Shown here piece after piece: positions 16,508-28,100 of a stretch of DNA of 64,000 bases. A program made the translations under genes and the position numbers. Under the pieces are notes generated by a model, which searched no databases, was not told where the DNA came from, and saw nothing but the letters and a program-made list of their open reading frames with translations. Source of the stretch: a virus (taxonomy: Duplodnaviria > Caudoviricetes); IMG/VR virus record IMGVR_UViG_3300033121_001941, positions 24,657-88,656 of that record; one strand, written 5' to 3'. Numbering within the stretch: position 1 is the first letter of the stretch; every line of letters begins with the position of its first letter.

Positions 16508-16519
16508 GAATATAGAAAT

Positions 16520-16604
16520 GCTATCCTGATGGAATGGTAGACATGCTTGTTTCAAAAACAAGTTCTCACAAACGGGAGTAAGGGTTCAATTCCCTTGGGT
16601 AGCA
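16520..16604 (+). tRNA. trnL: tRNA-Leu(CAA)
   Basis: CTTGT-TTCAAAA-ACAAG arm; long variable arm. Confidence 0.9.
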
Positions 16605-16607
16605 CAA

Positions 16608-16931
16608 ATGGAATCATTGTTTAAAGATTTACTGAAAACACTAACAAAACATTCTCATATTTTGAGCGCGTTATCATCAACGATGATAAATCATTCAATT
16701 CTTTTAAAAACAATGATGAACGTTTGTTTGGAATGTGAAACGAATATAGCAACAGTTAAACACGTTAAACATCAGCGACAATTTTGTGATAGTTGTGCTG
16801 CGAGAGACATTGTGTCTAAATCAGATAATGAAATTAATTGGGTCGATCTTGAAGCAGCTGAACAAATTCGTCATTTAATGGTATTTGTTCAAGCTTTGAA
16901 TGAAAATACACAAACAGTAAAACTACATTGA
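16608..16931 (+). CDS. hypothetical protein with two CxxC motifs
   Basis: CLEC and CDSC. Confidence 0.6.
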   Translation: MESLFKDLLKTLTKHSHILSALSSTMINHSILLKTMMNVCLECETNIATVKHVKHQRQFCDSCAARDIVSKSDNEINWVDLEAAEQIRHLMVFVQALNENTQTVKLH

Positions 16932-17368
16932 AAAAATTTAAGATTACCCTTTTATCAGGTGTGTTGTCAAAACAACACACCTTTTCACTTTTTTCCTCAG
17001 TTGAAGCACTTTATTTGTCAACGTTTGAAGATCATATTGATGAAATCGCCATTGATTTGTGTACATTTTATGATAACGAATATGTTGAAGTTGAATGGTG
17101 TGGATGTGAATTTTCGATTGAAGGAAATGAATATTTTAGATACGACCTAGTCCGCATGATTAGGGCTCGACCGTCTCAAAATGGCACAGATTTAATCTTG
17201 TCAATACATTATGGTTGGTCAATGGATATTTTTCACGAATATTCTAAACATCTTCAAATTAAACGTTATGAAAACGAAACAGATGGATTCGATTTTGAAG
17301 ATGTTTTTAATGACATTCAAACAATTGACGACCTGATACCAAGTACTGTGAATTGGTCACTAAACTAG
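16928..17368 (+). CDS. hypothetical acidic protein
   Basis: 146-aa ORF, TTG start overlapping the previous stop. Confidence 0.55.
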   Translation: MKKFKITLLSGVLSKQHTFSLFSSVEALYLSTFEDHIDEIAIDLCTFYDNEYVEVEWCGCEFSIEGNEYFRYDLVRMIRARPSQNGTDLILSIHYGWSMDIFHEYSKHLQIKRYENETDGFDFEDVFNDIQTIDDLIPSTVNWSLN

Positions 17369-17382
17369 AATAGAATATAAAT

Positions 17383-18606
17383 ATGTTACCACTTGTTTTG
17401 GATTATTTACGAACGCATTCATTTCGTGATTTGAAGAATGATCATGGTGTAAATGCAAGAATTTCTTCAAATCGTAAAAAAATCAGTCTTAATTACGATC
17501 AAATCGAAGTTAAAAGCGGAGATAAACTTGCTGAACAATGTCGAGGTTTGATTGTAGCAAATATTACAAATTCTCCTTTTCACAAAGACGATTTGTGGAT
17601 GGATGTCCCTGGATATGTATTAAAACTTGTTGCGTGGCCTATGTCGCGTTTCTATAACGCGGGCGATGGGGCGGCGTCTAATATCAATTGGGATGATCCG
17701 AATCTTTCGGTATTTGAAAAACTTGATGGAACAATGATTACATTTTATCATTGTGATAACGAGTGGCACGTTGCTACAAGGTCGATGCCTGATGCAGATC
17801 TACCCATTTGTCAAGATCATATCGAAATCGGTAATATGACTTTTTCTGAATTGTTTTGGATAGCATTACGCAATGCGTTTGTAACAAACAATAGTGATTT
17901 AGCAGCATTTACCAATTGGGTTGATTCAACGTTTGACAAACGATGCACGTATGTTTTTGAATTGACATCGTCTTTTAATCGCGTTGTCGTTAAATATGAT
18001 GAAACACGAGTAACATTGCTCGCAATTCGTGATATTACGACTGGATTCGAGAAATCAATTTACAACGAAAATTTATGTGTTTCACGTCCAAAGCGTTGGT
18101 CATTACGCTCTGTTGATCTCGTTGCTTCGTTTGTGAATTCAATTGACGCAACAAAACTTGAAGGTGCCGTTGTTTGTGATTCACATTTTAACAGAATCAA
18201 AATTAAAAGCATGTCATGGTGTTTTGCATCACGATCAAAAGATACGGTTATTGCATCACGACGTAACGCCTTTATCGTAATTGTGAAAGGTCAACTTGAT
18301 GATGTTTTGTCATTGCTGTCAGATGAATCGTCACGAAAATTGTTAAAACTTCAAAATGGTTTAATGCATCTTACACACATGATTGACAAAGAATATCAAA
18401 AAATGTCTCATGAATGTGATGGTTCACGCAAACATTTTGCAACTCTTGTTTTTACATCACCTCTTAGAAATTATTCATCATTGTTCTTTTCTTTCTTTGA
18501 TAAGAAATATTCTACTGCTACGTCATGGTTAATTGATTTAGCAACAAAGGGAAAATTGTCAGATAGAACAATTGATATGTTCATTGAACATATTGACTGT
18601 TTATGA
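17383..18606 (+). CDS. RNA ligase, T4 Rnl1-like
   Basis: CRGLI, PMSRFYN, FEKLDGTM (motif I), FELTS, EGAVV, RIKIKS. Confidence 0.88.
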   Translation: MLPLVLDYLRTHSFRDLKNDHGVNARISSNRKKISLNYDQIEVKSGDKLAEQCRGLIVANITNSPFHKDDLWMDVPGYVLKLVAWPMSRFYNAGDGAASNINWDDPNLSVFEKLDGTMITFYHCDNEWHVATRSMPDADLPICQDHIEIGNMTFSELFWIALRNAFVTNNSDLAAFTNWVDSTFDKRCTYVFELTSSFNRVVVKYDETRVTLLAIRDITTGFEKSIYNENLCVSRPKRWSLRSVDLVASFVNSIDATKLEGAVVCDSHFNRIKIKSMSWCFASRSKDTVIASRRNAFIVIVKGQLDDVLSLLSDESSRKLLKLQNGLMHLTHMIDKEYQKMSHECDGSRKHFATLVFTSPLRNYSSLFFSFFDKKYSTATSWLIDLATKGKLSDRTIDMFIEHIDCL

Positions 18607-18628
18607 TTACTTAAGTTAGGAAGTAAAT

Positions 18629-18802
18629 ATGATTACTGTTATCAACATTTGGGGCGATGAAGACGAGAGTGATAATAAGATTGAAATAATCGACGATTCT
18701 AAAGAAAATTTAGAAAAGAAGAAAATTATTCAACAGGAATATTTTGAATCACTTTTAAAAAGACAACCTCAATTGCAAATTGTTCCTGTTGAACATCGAT
18801 AA
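18629..18802 (+). CDS. small hypothetical protein (57 aa)
   Basis: Manual translation MITVINIWGDED...; AGGA RBS. Confidence 0.5.
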   Translation: MITVINIWGDEDESDNKIEIIDDSKENLEKKKIIQQEYFESLLKRQPQLQIVPVEHR

Positions 18803-18815
18803 TCTTGCGAAGATT
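18801..18815. terminator. possible short hairpin at the convergence of the + and - operons
   Basis: AATCTT-GCG-AAGATT inverted repeat between convergent genes. Confidence 0.25.
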
Positions 18816-18818
18816 ATA

Positions 18819-20021
18819 CTACCATTGGTGCCCTAGGTTGATCCAACGTGCAGATGTTGGATCATAAGCAAAAGTGCCACCCGCACCTGGTGTTGATAAC
18901 GCAACAGCAGTTTCAAATTGATTTGCTGCTGAACTAGCGCTCGTAGTGTAATCATAAATTTGTACACTTGATACGCTTGGTCGAATAATAACAAATCTAA
19001 ATGCACCGCTTCCTGAAATTATACCATCAATTGATGGTCCTACGCCATGTGTAAATCGTAATAATGTAATAAATGCATTTGCCGTTAAAGCAAGATCTGA
19101 AGTAAGACCTGCCGTCGCGACATCCTGTACTGCAACCAACGTTGAACAACCAGTAGGCATTGATGCTGAGACGTCTGCTATCCAAGATGCTACACCTGCA
19201 ACAGTGGCGAGTATGTAACCGTCAGTGCCAGGCGCTAATTTTGATACCGCTACTGCTGCCGCGGTGTCGACGTCAGCGTTGACAATAAGACTTGATGCTG
19301 CATTCTGCACACCTGCAACGATATGTGGAATTCCCGTACCAGTAGGTACAGTCGCCCCGGCTCCCCAAGCCGCCGTCCCGGCCGTAGTTAACAATACTTG
19401 TCCGTTAGTTCCAGGTGCAAGTTTTGATACTGCAATTGCAGCTGATGTGTCAACATCAGCATTGACAATAAGACTTGATGCTGCATTCTGCACACCTGCA
19501 ACGATATGTGGAATTCCCGTACCAGTAGGTGGAGTGTAACTGCCTCCACCTGACGATACAATTAAATTGTACCAAGCATTATTCATCCAGTAAATTACTG
19601 CTGAACTATATGCAGTTGACAACGTTTTTGAAGTGCTACCATCGATTAAAATTCCCGTCGGTGGAAAAATATCAATGGGAGTAGTTCCTGACGTTCCCGA
19701 TGAATCTTTTATGATGTGTATCTGACCGTCACGTGGTCGTGGTGGCAAATATACGTTTATTCTTCCTGAAGCTGGTGCTGATGATACATTAACGTTAACT
19801 GCCGTTGTGTCACTTGATACATTGATTGTACCGTTACTCCCGACGACGACATATTCTAACGTAGAAATTGAAAATCTACCATTAAGTTGCAATTCAGATG
19901 GAACACCCGAGAGCCCAATTTGAACGTCACATGGAATCGCCAGTCGTTTAACAGTATCACTATTTGTATCTTTTACATATACAAATAACGATTTTTCTGA
20001 ATCAGATTTTGTGATAGACAT
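18819..20021 (-). CDS. putative tail fiber/spike-like virion protein with internal duplication
   Basis: Gly/Ala/Ser/Thr-rich; two copies of PTGTGIPHIVAGVQNAASSLIVNADVDT; last gene of the structural operon. Confidence 0.6.
   Translation of the reverse strand: MSITKSDSEKSLFVYVKDTNSDTVKRLAIPCDVQIGLSGVPSELQLNGRFSISTLEYVVVGSNGTINVSSDTTAVNVNVSSAPASGRINVYLPPRPRDGQIHIIKDSSGTSGTTPIDIFPPTGILIDGSTSKTLSTAYSSAVIYWMNNAWYNLIVSSGGGSYTPPTGTGIPHIVAGVQNAASSLIVNADVDTSAAIAVSKLAPGTNGQVLLTTAGTAAWGAGATVPTGTGIPHIVAGVQNAASSLIVNADVDTAAAVAVSKLAPGTDGYILATVAGVASWIADVSASMPTGCSTLVAVQDVATAGLTSDLALTANAFITLLRFTHGVGPSIDGIISGSGAFRFVIIRPSVSSVQIYDYTTSASSAANQFETAVALSTPGAGGTFAYDPTSARWINLGHQW
19279..19530. repeat. 69-bp perfect direct repeat (19279-19347 and 19462-19530), 183-bp period
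   Basis: Direct sequence comparison. Confidence 0.9.
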
Positions 20022-20026
20022 AATAT

Positions 20027-23000
20027 TTACAATGTTACTTGTCCAAATTTATCAACAGACAATGAAATAATTCTTGAATTTTGTGTTAACGGTGTTAATA
20101 CAGTTCTATTTCTAATTTGGCCATCAAAATATGGAACTGACGATGTTGCTTCAAGACTTAAGTTTTGCGATGAAGTATTTGCTGGATTTGTGATATTCCC
20201 ATCCATGTCAACAAATTTTACTGACACAGCTGCTTCGGTGACATTTTCATCTAAATTATCTTCAAATGGAAATTTTTCTGATGAAATATAAAATTTCGTG
20301 TATTGTCGTTGTTCTAACATATCGCGAAATTGTCCGTAACGTTTTTGTCTGAAGTAACTTTTTGTGAATTGTGACAATCCATTAATTACACCATATTTCC
20401 AACCTCTGATTATGGGTGAATGTAATGCATTATAACCTAACGAAAGTTGTGTAAAGTTTCTAAAGTCAGCAAAATGATTTGTTCCGCCTCTTAACCCGGA
20501 ATTTTGTTCAAAATAAACTGTATTTAAATCACCAAATCCATACAATATTTTAACAATGTCACTTTTTGAAAGTAAGTTTTTAGTGCTTGTAGCTAACAAA
20601 TCTAAATCACGTGGTATCCCAGAATACGCAGAATTTGTAGTTATAGGTGAATTTGGTGATGGATTAGGCACACACATAGTTATTGCCGAGGCGCCCGCCG
20701 CAGTTGGATACCTAGGCATAGGTATAATGGGTGTGAAATTTTTAAGATACGTAGGCCCTATTTGATAATAAGGTGTACCGCTAATAACATCATATATTCT
20801 GGTTGCAATAAACGATTTTTCAAAAAATACCTGCCTAGAAGCATTCGAATATCTTGCTTCATATGGATACGAAAATGTCCAATTTAAATCATTCAATAAC
20901 ATCAATCCTATTGTTATTGAATTTGATGTAGCTGGTAAATTAAAATAAATAAATCCCGGATTTCCCATAGGAATACTTGATAATGTTTGTACACAAATTC
21001 CTACGCCATTTACGTCTAGACATTTATCAATTGCTGGCATTAACGTGTCATAATAACGTTCTTTTTGATCATCAAATTGTGACAATCTTAAATTTCCAAC
21101 TTTTGTTGAATATTTTGTATACGTTTCCGCAAGTGAATCTTGATAATCATAGTCTACAGCTCCCGGCGTAGGTGCGAATCTTGCGCTGTTTTTACTAAAA
21201 ATTCTACCTCGACCCCTTGAAGGTGTTAGCACAACTTTTCCATCACTGCTTAAGGTTCTAGTTAGAAGCGAACCTGCAATGTAATCATCATAAGAACCAG
21301 ATGAATATGTTTCGACATACTCAACTTCAAACTGATCTAAAATTGGATCATTTCCTATGACAGTTTCAAAAATAGCAGGTGTATTTAAAATTTCACCTGA
21401 CGTATTATGATATTCTTTTCCTTCGCGTAACATACTACCGTAAACTGTCATGTTAATTGAACCAGTTAATAGCACGACGTCATGAACAATTGATCCAGAT
21501 GTATGAGGTGAAGGCGTTTCTGTTCCGTAAAACGCAGGTCGCGTTTTTGAAATAGCAAGTACGAGTTCGTCTTCAGGATAAATCAAATAAGGTGAAATTT
21601 GATGATCATCTAAACTTACTATTGACAAGGATATAAAATCACTGCCACTTAATATTGTTTCACCAAATTGTGCTCTGTTAATTGCATCCATTTCGGGAGT
21701 TAAATTATTGAAACTAAGCGTCTTTCTATTCAAGAAAAACTGATTCTGAACGTTATTGTTTAAATCAATACTTTGTCCCGAAGATATTTCTTTGCCGTAT
21801 ATAGAACGTCCCGAAGGATTAAATCCAGTTTGTCCTCTACCGAAATTATTAACCTGCAATTGAAAAATAGTCTGAGAAAAATTTGTTGCACTTTCATTTA
21901 CAAGTTGAATTTTTTCACTGTTAAACAAATCAAGCACGCCTGATCTATTTAAATCTTTATCTGCATTTAACATTAAACGTTGTATTAAAACAGAAACACC
22001 GTTTGATGTCATTGCAGTTAATTTTGCTGGTACTGATCCAACATATTCAAAAGTACCTCCTGACGTAGTTATGGGTGTTATAATTGCAGCTGGTTTTCCA
22101 TTGAATGCTTTAAATCCAACAGGTCTTAATTGACATGTATGATCATATGGCGGATGACTTGAAAACACCATATCAGACGTATTATCATCAAAATGCGTTA
22201 TTGTTCCTGACATGATAAGATCACGCCTTGTAAAATTACCTATTTTGTGCTGATTAAATAATGCAATGGTAATACCTGGACCACCTAGATCATAAGACGC
22301 CCGCAAATTTAAACCGGTTTCGTGTGGTATAATACACGTTGTTTTATCACGAAACCAACCATCACCCATTGAAAATGGAATTTCAATGATTGCTTTTTCA
22401 ATTACGAAAGGATGATTAATCGGCATTCGAAATACTTCGTTTGTAGAAGCTTTGTAGTTTTCATTATTTGATAATGATTTTCTATACTCTTTGCTTAATG
22501 CAGTTCTAACTGCATCTTTAGAATAAAGCGAGCCAATACTCGGATCAGTATGTGTTGAGGTTAAATTTAAACGTTCAATTGTCCCAGAAACAATTGAATT
22601 TCCAATTGCAGTAAATCCTCTATTATCTTCGGTGAGCGCTGCGCGTGTTGTATCAACACTAGGGTGACTTAAATCACCTTTGCTGTTTGCTGATACACTT
22701 GATGCTCCAATTTCAATTGGACTTGTTGAATTTTCAGGTAATACCCAACAACCAATCTTTGTATTGTAATAATATATGCTTGATGATACGGCAAACATAT
22801 TTGTTGAAATATTGATCGGTAAAGACATTTTAATTTGCGTCTTTGCTCTAAGATGATTAGAAAGTCCTAGACCTAACGCGTTAAAATTTGATGCACTAAA
22901 AAATGGCTCAATCGAAGAGTTGGGTGCATTGTCAAAAATTTTATCTTCTGACCAAGGATCAATTGTCGTTTGATAATCATCATTCAAAAATTCATCAGAC

Positions 23001-24250
23001 GCAATTTTTGACGTACTCGAAGTAACATTAAAATCACCAGCAAAAAGTGTTTGTCTATTAATCGCCGATGGATGATTTCCAGCATAAAACCGTTGTAATG
23101 TCGATGGATAATTTACAAGTGTGCCACTTCCGTATGAACTACTTCCATATCCGGCGTATAATATTGTTTTTCTATCATCAAACAACGTTTGCAATCTTTT
23201 ACTTTTATTACGTCTGTTCCCAGTATTAAAAGCACCCGGTAATGAACTTTGATTATCAAATATTCTTTGTTGAATTCGAGGTAATATTTTTCTTTTATTA
23301 ACGGGTGGTAAAAATATAAATGAAGTACCTTCTTTGTGTAAACCAGGCCAGTGTGCTTGCGGACGTAGAGACCAATTATATGGTATGTTAAGAGATCCAC
23401 TCGTAGCAACATCAAAACTAGAATCTAAAAAAACATCATTGTATACTGCACCACCAAGTTCAGATGTTAAACGTTGGAAATCATTACAACCTAGACCCGG
23501 GCTAAAATCTCTAAAGCGATTTGTACCAGACATAAAAATGCCAATTGTTGCACCTTCAACGTAATAACCGCTATCCTTTACGTCACGCAACGTAAGATTT
23601 GATCTAGGCGCATATCGAAATTCAATTCTTCCATTTTCATAAATGACTACGTCAAATCTTAAATTTGTATTCATTGCTCCCGTGTTAGTTAAACAAGACC
23701 AACGAATAACAAGACGTCTTCCTAATAATTTTGATGTATCATTAAACATCTTGACACCATATTGTGTTTGATTATACAATATTGGTGGCGTTTCAAGACC
23801 TTCTGTAATACGACGAGATTTTTCGGTTCCAAACGCTATTGGAATGCTATTTATGTCTCTAGATACTGTTAATAAATCGTCGTGCCAAGGACATATTAAT
23901 ACGTTTTGTGTAGAATTTGAAAGATTAATTGCATAATTTTGATAAGGGCTATATCCTCCATTAAATAATGCAGAAATAACATTCGCAACTGATGTTTCCG
24001 TTGGATCAACAAGCGCCATGCACCCGTTACTATCTGCAATAAATCTTTTATAAACTATGCCATCAAATAAAAAATCAAAACCTATGTTCTGAATTTCAGA
24101 CGTCTGATTATTAACGTTACCATCAATAATTGTTGACATAAAACGATCGTTGACGTCAACTAACCCAAATTCAGGTGATGATGTTTTTAATAAGACATAA
24201 TTTTCGAACCTTCTTGGTGGAGCTTGTCGTGAAGTTTTTGATGTTGGCAT
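20027..24250 (-). CDS. large virion structural protein (1407 aa)
   Basis: Beta-rich composition; lies in the baseplate operon; C-terminal YGQFRDMLEQR motif. Confidence 0.65.
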   Translation of the reverse strand: MPTSKTSRQAPPRRFENYVLLKTSSPEFGLVDVNDRFMSTIIDGNVNNQTSEIQNIGFDFLFDGIVYKRFIADSNGCMALVDPTETSVANVISALFNGGYSPYQNYAINLSNSTQNVLICPWHDDLLTVSRDINSIPIAFGTEKSRRITEGLETPPILYNQTQYGVKMFNDTSKLLGRRLVIRWSCLTNTGAMNTNLRFDVVIYENGRIEFRYAPRSNLTLRDVKDSGYYVEGATIGIFMSGTNRFRDFSPGLGCNDFQRLTSELGGAVYNDVFLDSSFDVATSGSLNIPYNWSLRPQAHWPGLHKEGTSFIFLPPVNKRKILPRIQQRIFDNQSSLPGAFNTGNRRNKSKRLQTLFDDRKTILYAGYGSSSYGSGTLVNYPSTLQRFYAGNHPSAINRQTLFAGDFNVTSSTSKIASDEFLNDDYQTTIDPWSEDKIFDNAPNSSIEPFFSASNFNALGLGLSNHLRAKTQIKMSLPINISTNMFAVSSSIYYYNTKIGCWVLPENSTSPIEIGASSVSANSKGDLSHPSVDTTRAALTEDNRGFTAIGNSIVSGTIERLNLTSTHTDPSIGSLYSKDAVRTALSKEYRKSLSNNENYKASTNEVFRMPINHPFVIEKAIIEIPFSMGDGWFRDKTTCIIPHETGLNLRASYDLGGPGITIALFNQHKIGNFTRRDLIMSGTITHFDDNTSDMVFSSHPPYDHTCQLRPVGFKAFNGKPAAIITPITTSGGTFEYVGSVPAKLTAMTSNGVSVLIQRLMLNADKDLNRSGVLDLFNSEKIQLVNESATNFSQTIFQLQVNNFGRGQTGFNPSGRSIYGKEISSGQSIDLNNNVQNQFFLNRKTLSFNNLTPEMDAINRAQFGETILSGSDFISLSIVSLDDHQISPYLIYPEDELVLAISKTRPAFYGTETPSPHTSGSIVHDVVLLTGSINMTVYGSMLREGKEYHNTSGEILNTPAIFETVIGNDPILDQFEVEYVETYSSGSYDDYIAGSLLTRTLSSDGKVVLTPSRGRGRIFSKNSARFAPTPGAVDYDYQDSLAETYTKYSTKVGNLRLSQFDDQKERYYDTLMPAIDKCLDVNGVGICVQTLSSIPMGNPGFIYFNLPATSNSITIGLMLLNDLNWTFSYPYEARYSNASRQVFFEKSFIATRIYDVISGTPYYQIGPTYLKNFTPIIPMPRYPTAAGASAITMCVPNPSPNSPITTNSAYSGIPRDLDLLATSTKNLLSKSDIVKILYGFGDLNTVYFEQNSGLRGGTNHFADFRNFTQLSLGYNALHSPIIRGWKYGVINGLSQFTKSYFRQKRYGQFRDMLEQRQYTKFYISSEKFPFEDNLDENVTEAAVSVKFVDMDGNITNPANTSSQNLSLEATSSVPYFDGQIRNRTVLTPLTQNSRIISLSVDKFGQVTL

Positions 24251-25155
24251 TAGTAAGACATTCCTCCAAACGCTAATGAATCTGTTCCGATTATGTTGTT
24301 ATCATAATCCCAACCACAAGTTGCTGAACGTTCATTATTTGCAATTGCAATATAATTATCGGTTGAACCTGTCATATGACTTAAAGTTGCTTGCGTTGTT
24401 GAATCAGTATATGAAGAAACTTCGGTATTTCGAACAAATCGATTATCAACGTATGGTTTCAATGAAAGTCTTGATGTTATTGAATAAGAATAACCTATGT
24501 TTGAAAGAACGTTTCTGTCATATGTCGTAGGATCTGATAAAAATGTCTCAGCTGAAGAATGTCTATCAACAAATCCGGGTTGTTGTGTTAAATTACGAAT
24601 ATAGACACTTACAATTTTATCTGTTCTTCCATGAAAATCAGTATTCCCGTCAATTACGTGTCCTTTAACTTCATGATCATGTAATGAAACAGCAGTAGAA
24701 AGATTTGATACATTCATTCGTATATTCAATGGTTCAATAACACCATCAAACATGTAACCTTCAATTGAAGTATCGCTACTTGTAATCATCGGAAACGTAA
24801 TAACATTTGAAAGAACGGGCGAATTTGTTCGTGTAGATCTTAGATAATTTTCTGGATTAAAATAATCTCGTTCTGTAAATTGTGGAACTGTATTAAAACT
24901 ATTAGTCATCCCAAAATGATTACGTTTTAATTTGTGCCCTTGCTCGCCGGCATGAATTTTAAACGTTCCTCGATCAAAGTGTTTTTGTTGTGTTAATTCA
25001 ACACCTTGTCTATAAGGATCTAACAATGTAGTATTAATGCTACTTGAATTATGAAATTCAGAACCTATGACAATTATTTTAGCAGATTGAACCTTTGGAC
25101 CTTCGTCAAAAAATTCATTTTCTTCTTTATTGTTGAAAAACTCTAATGTTGCCAT
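24250..25155 (-). CDS. putative virion structural protein
   Basis: 301 aa, translationally coupled within the baseplate operon. Confidence 0.55.
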   Translation of the reverse strand: MATLEFFNNKEENEFFDEGPKVQSAKIIVIGSEFHNSSSINTTLLDPYRQGVELTQQKHFDRGTFKIHAGEQGHKLKRNHFGMTNSFNTVPQFTERDYFNPENYLRSTRTNSPVLSNVITFPMITSSDTSIEGYMFDGVIEPLNIRMNVSNLSTAVSLHDHEVKGHVIDGNTDFHGRTDKIVSVYIRNLTQQPGFVDRHSSAETFLSDPTTYDRNVLSNIGYSYSITSRLSLKPYVDNRFVRNTEVSSYTDSTTQATLSHMTGSTDNYIAIANNERSATCGWDYDNNIIGTDSLAFGGMSY

Positions 25156-25163
25156 AATATTCT

Positions 25164-28100
25164 TTAATATTTAGAAATCGTTCCAACGATTTGTTGTAAT
25201 AAAAGATTGTCTTTAATACGACTGCGCTGAGAATCACCTGAATACATTTCCGTATAATACTGAATTTTATGTCTTTCTAACATATGTGATTCTATTACAA
25301 AATTAGTACCTTTAAAATTAGTTTTTCTTGGAATGAGCTGTTGTATGAAACTTCCGATTGAAGTATCAAACCATCTGAAAAATTCAAAGAAAGACTTAAA
25401 ATTTAATTTCTCACCAATACGATTAAAATAAATGTTTCTCATTTTTTCCAAATCAACATAATCTGGTGACATTAATAATTCTGGTGAACCTAACGCTGAA
25501 TCGAGTGCATCAAACGTTGAAAACAGAGTTACTATATCTCTGTTTAATGCATCTATTAATGAAAATTCCACAATGAAACGTGTATCATCGGTTGGTTGTT
25601 CACTTTTAACAAGTTCGTACGATGGCGCAACAGATGCCCATGGTGTATTATCAACAAGATCCTGATTTAGGAAACTTCTTATTCTAACTTTTTCATTTGA
25701 AGCAGCTTCATCAAAATAAGGTGAAAGATAACTGTAATCGTATAATTCACCTTTTACGTTATCCTTGTCATATGGAAATCCAGTTCCAGTAAGATGCATT
25801 CCATTTATACTAAAATCAATAAACGTTAATGCTCCTAATGGTCCTAAACTTGCAGATGCGTTCGCGCGGCGTGTACTCTGCTTTCCAAGTGTGTCCATAC
25901 GCAAACGTTCAAACGATCCGCTACGCGTTTTTACGAAATTGTAATTTACTAAAGGATCGTCAACACCAGTCGACAAATGATTTCTAATATGCTCGCGCCA
26001 CTCTAATTCACTCAAGGCTTTTGACCAGAATCTTAGATGCGACTGACGGCCTGTAAAAGCCGTAACACGTGCTTCAGAATTGGCCTTAGAAGTATTATTA
26101 AGATATATATAACCAGTTCCAGTACCCTCGGGGACCGAAATATTCTCGCCTAATACAAGAAAACTACCAGAACAATTGAAACTTGAACTAACGTCTCTGA
26201 GGCAATTTGATTCCGACGTTATCAATTCATAAAAGAAAGACGATGTTGAACGTACACATGATATATCACCATTATTTTGATTACCAAGACGCAAGAAGTA
26301 TGATGATGAAACTCTTGAACTAATTGAGTCATTACGTTCACAACCAAATGATACGTGCCATCTATCGCCGTCGAAAATGTCGTTTGTTCTTAAACTCATC
26401 GACATAAATAAAGTAGGACTATTTTCATTCGTGCCAGGTCTGAAATAAACCATCAACTTAGGATCAACAGATGACGATACCGCTAATAGGTTTGCAACAA
26501 GTCCAGAGTAACCTGTCATGCTTCCCGTAACACACATACGTAATAAGCTTTGTGTTGAACTTGTCATTGCACGAATATTTAATGGTGTGTATTTAACGAG
26601 TGTTTCAATTGTCCAAGATCCAGACGTTAACAAGCCGTCGCTTGGTTGATCACTGATACCATTTGGTGGGAAAATATTCTGATTCACAAAAGAGCCTCGA
26701 ATGTAAGGATATCCGGGTTCATATCGTGATGCTGACAAAAAAGGTGAAATGACCAATGAAGATGTTATAAACTCAGTCATTGTTCCAACGTTACGTTTGT
26801 TCTCTCTTGCACTTGACAATTGTCTCGTTGTCGGCCCACCGAACTCTCTTAATCTTACACTGTTATCAGGATCAATTCCAACAGCACGCAAAAATGATTT
26901 AATACTGTGTTGTGTACCTTTTGATCTGATAACATCGGGTAGGTTAATTAAGATTCGTCGCAATAATTCATTTTGAACGTATTTTAAAGGTCTTTCATTC
27001 GTGCTTATTTCTTGGCCTATGTTTTCTGCATTTATGTATTGTTCTAACGTTGAATCATTAAACATCGGAGGAAGTATAAACCCAAATTCTTTTACAAGAT
27101 CAAAAAGAAAATTATTTGGTGTACTGGAATTTGTTTCATAACTTACATTACGCACTGTACTAAACGTATCAACATACAATTTCATTTCATCAAAAAAACG
27201 AGCCCATATGTACAATAATGATAACATCAATTGTACACCACCAAGTTTTCCTTGTCCCGGTATTCCAGTCCCTGAATATGAATTATTGTTATCGCCTTCA
27301 GGTTCAACATATCCGTCAAATAACGATCCTTCGAGAAGATAATGTTGAGGAATTAATCTTGTTATAAGATTTGGATTTGCTCTGTCAAATTCTGATGCAC
27401 TAAATAACAACTTATCATTAAGATCAATTACATCACTATGAGCCGGAAATAATACCACGACACTTTCTTCTTTTTCATAAATCATTTTACTTGAAGTATC
27501 AAGTGAAGCATTTTGTCGTAATGAACTACCTGTCATATTTCCATCAACATCTAAATTTGAGTATGATGAAAAATTGCTTATTAAAGAATGTAAAGAATTG
27601 CCTGAACTATCTATGACAATCGTATTTGCGATATCATCATTATCAGTTGTTAAAGGTGGAGGTGGTTCATTAAATCTAAAATACAGTTTTAAGTCAGGCT
27701 GAGCATATATTGCTTTCGACATATAACTTTTTTGTTGAGCTGAACTTCTTACAGCATGAAAAACCCTGAATTCATCCAACGTGCCAGTAAGAGTTTGTGA
27801 TGGTGTTATAGTTGTTGAACCTTCATTGAAAACAGTTCCACTTCCTATAATGAAATCTGATGCATTGATATCAAGTAATCCTAACGCTTGACTTGCATTT
27901 GTGGTATTCTGAATTTCACCATCTTTAAAAAATTGTAGATATTGATTACCATCATCCTTATTGTAAATTGCGCAAATATGATTAAATTTTCCACGTTCTA
28001 AATTACATGGAACTGTCATTGAATGTGCACCAGAAACAACACTAAAACGAGCTTCCACATTTGTTGTTGATGTTGTGGGCATTAAATACAATGAAAAACC

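Noticed and set aside
8600-16610. tmRNA or rRNA genes
   Set aside because: No tmRNA-like acceptor ends enclosing a tag ORF and no rRNA-like sequence were recognised
19225-19539. Antisense and alternate-frame ORFs inside long genes (for example 1854-2171, 5108-5636, 19225-19539, 33469-34080, 61925-62203)
   Set aside because: Shadows of well-supported genes, with no motifs or RBS
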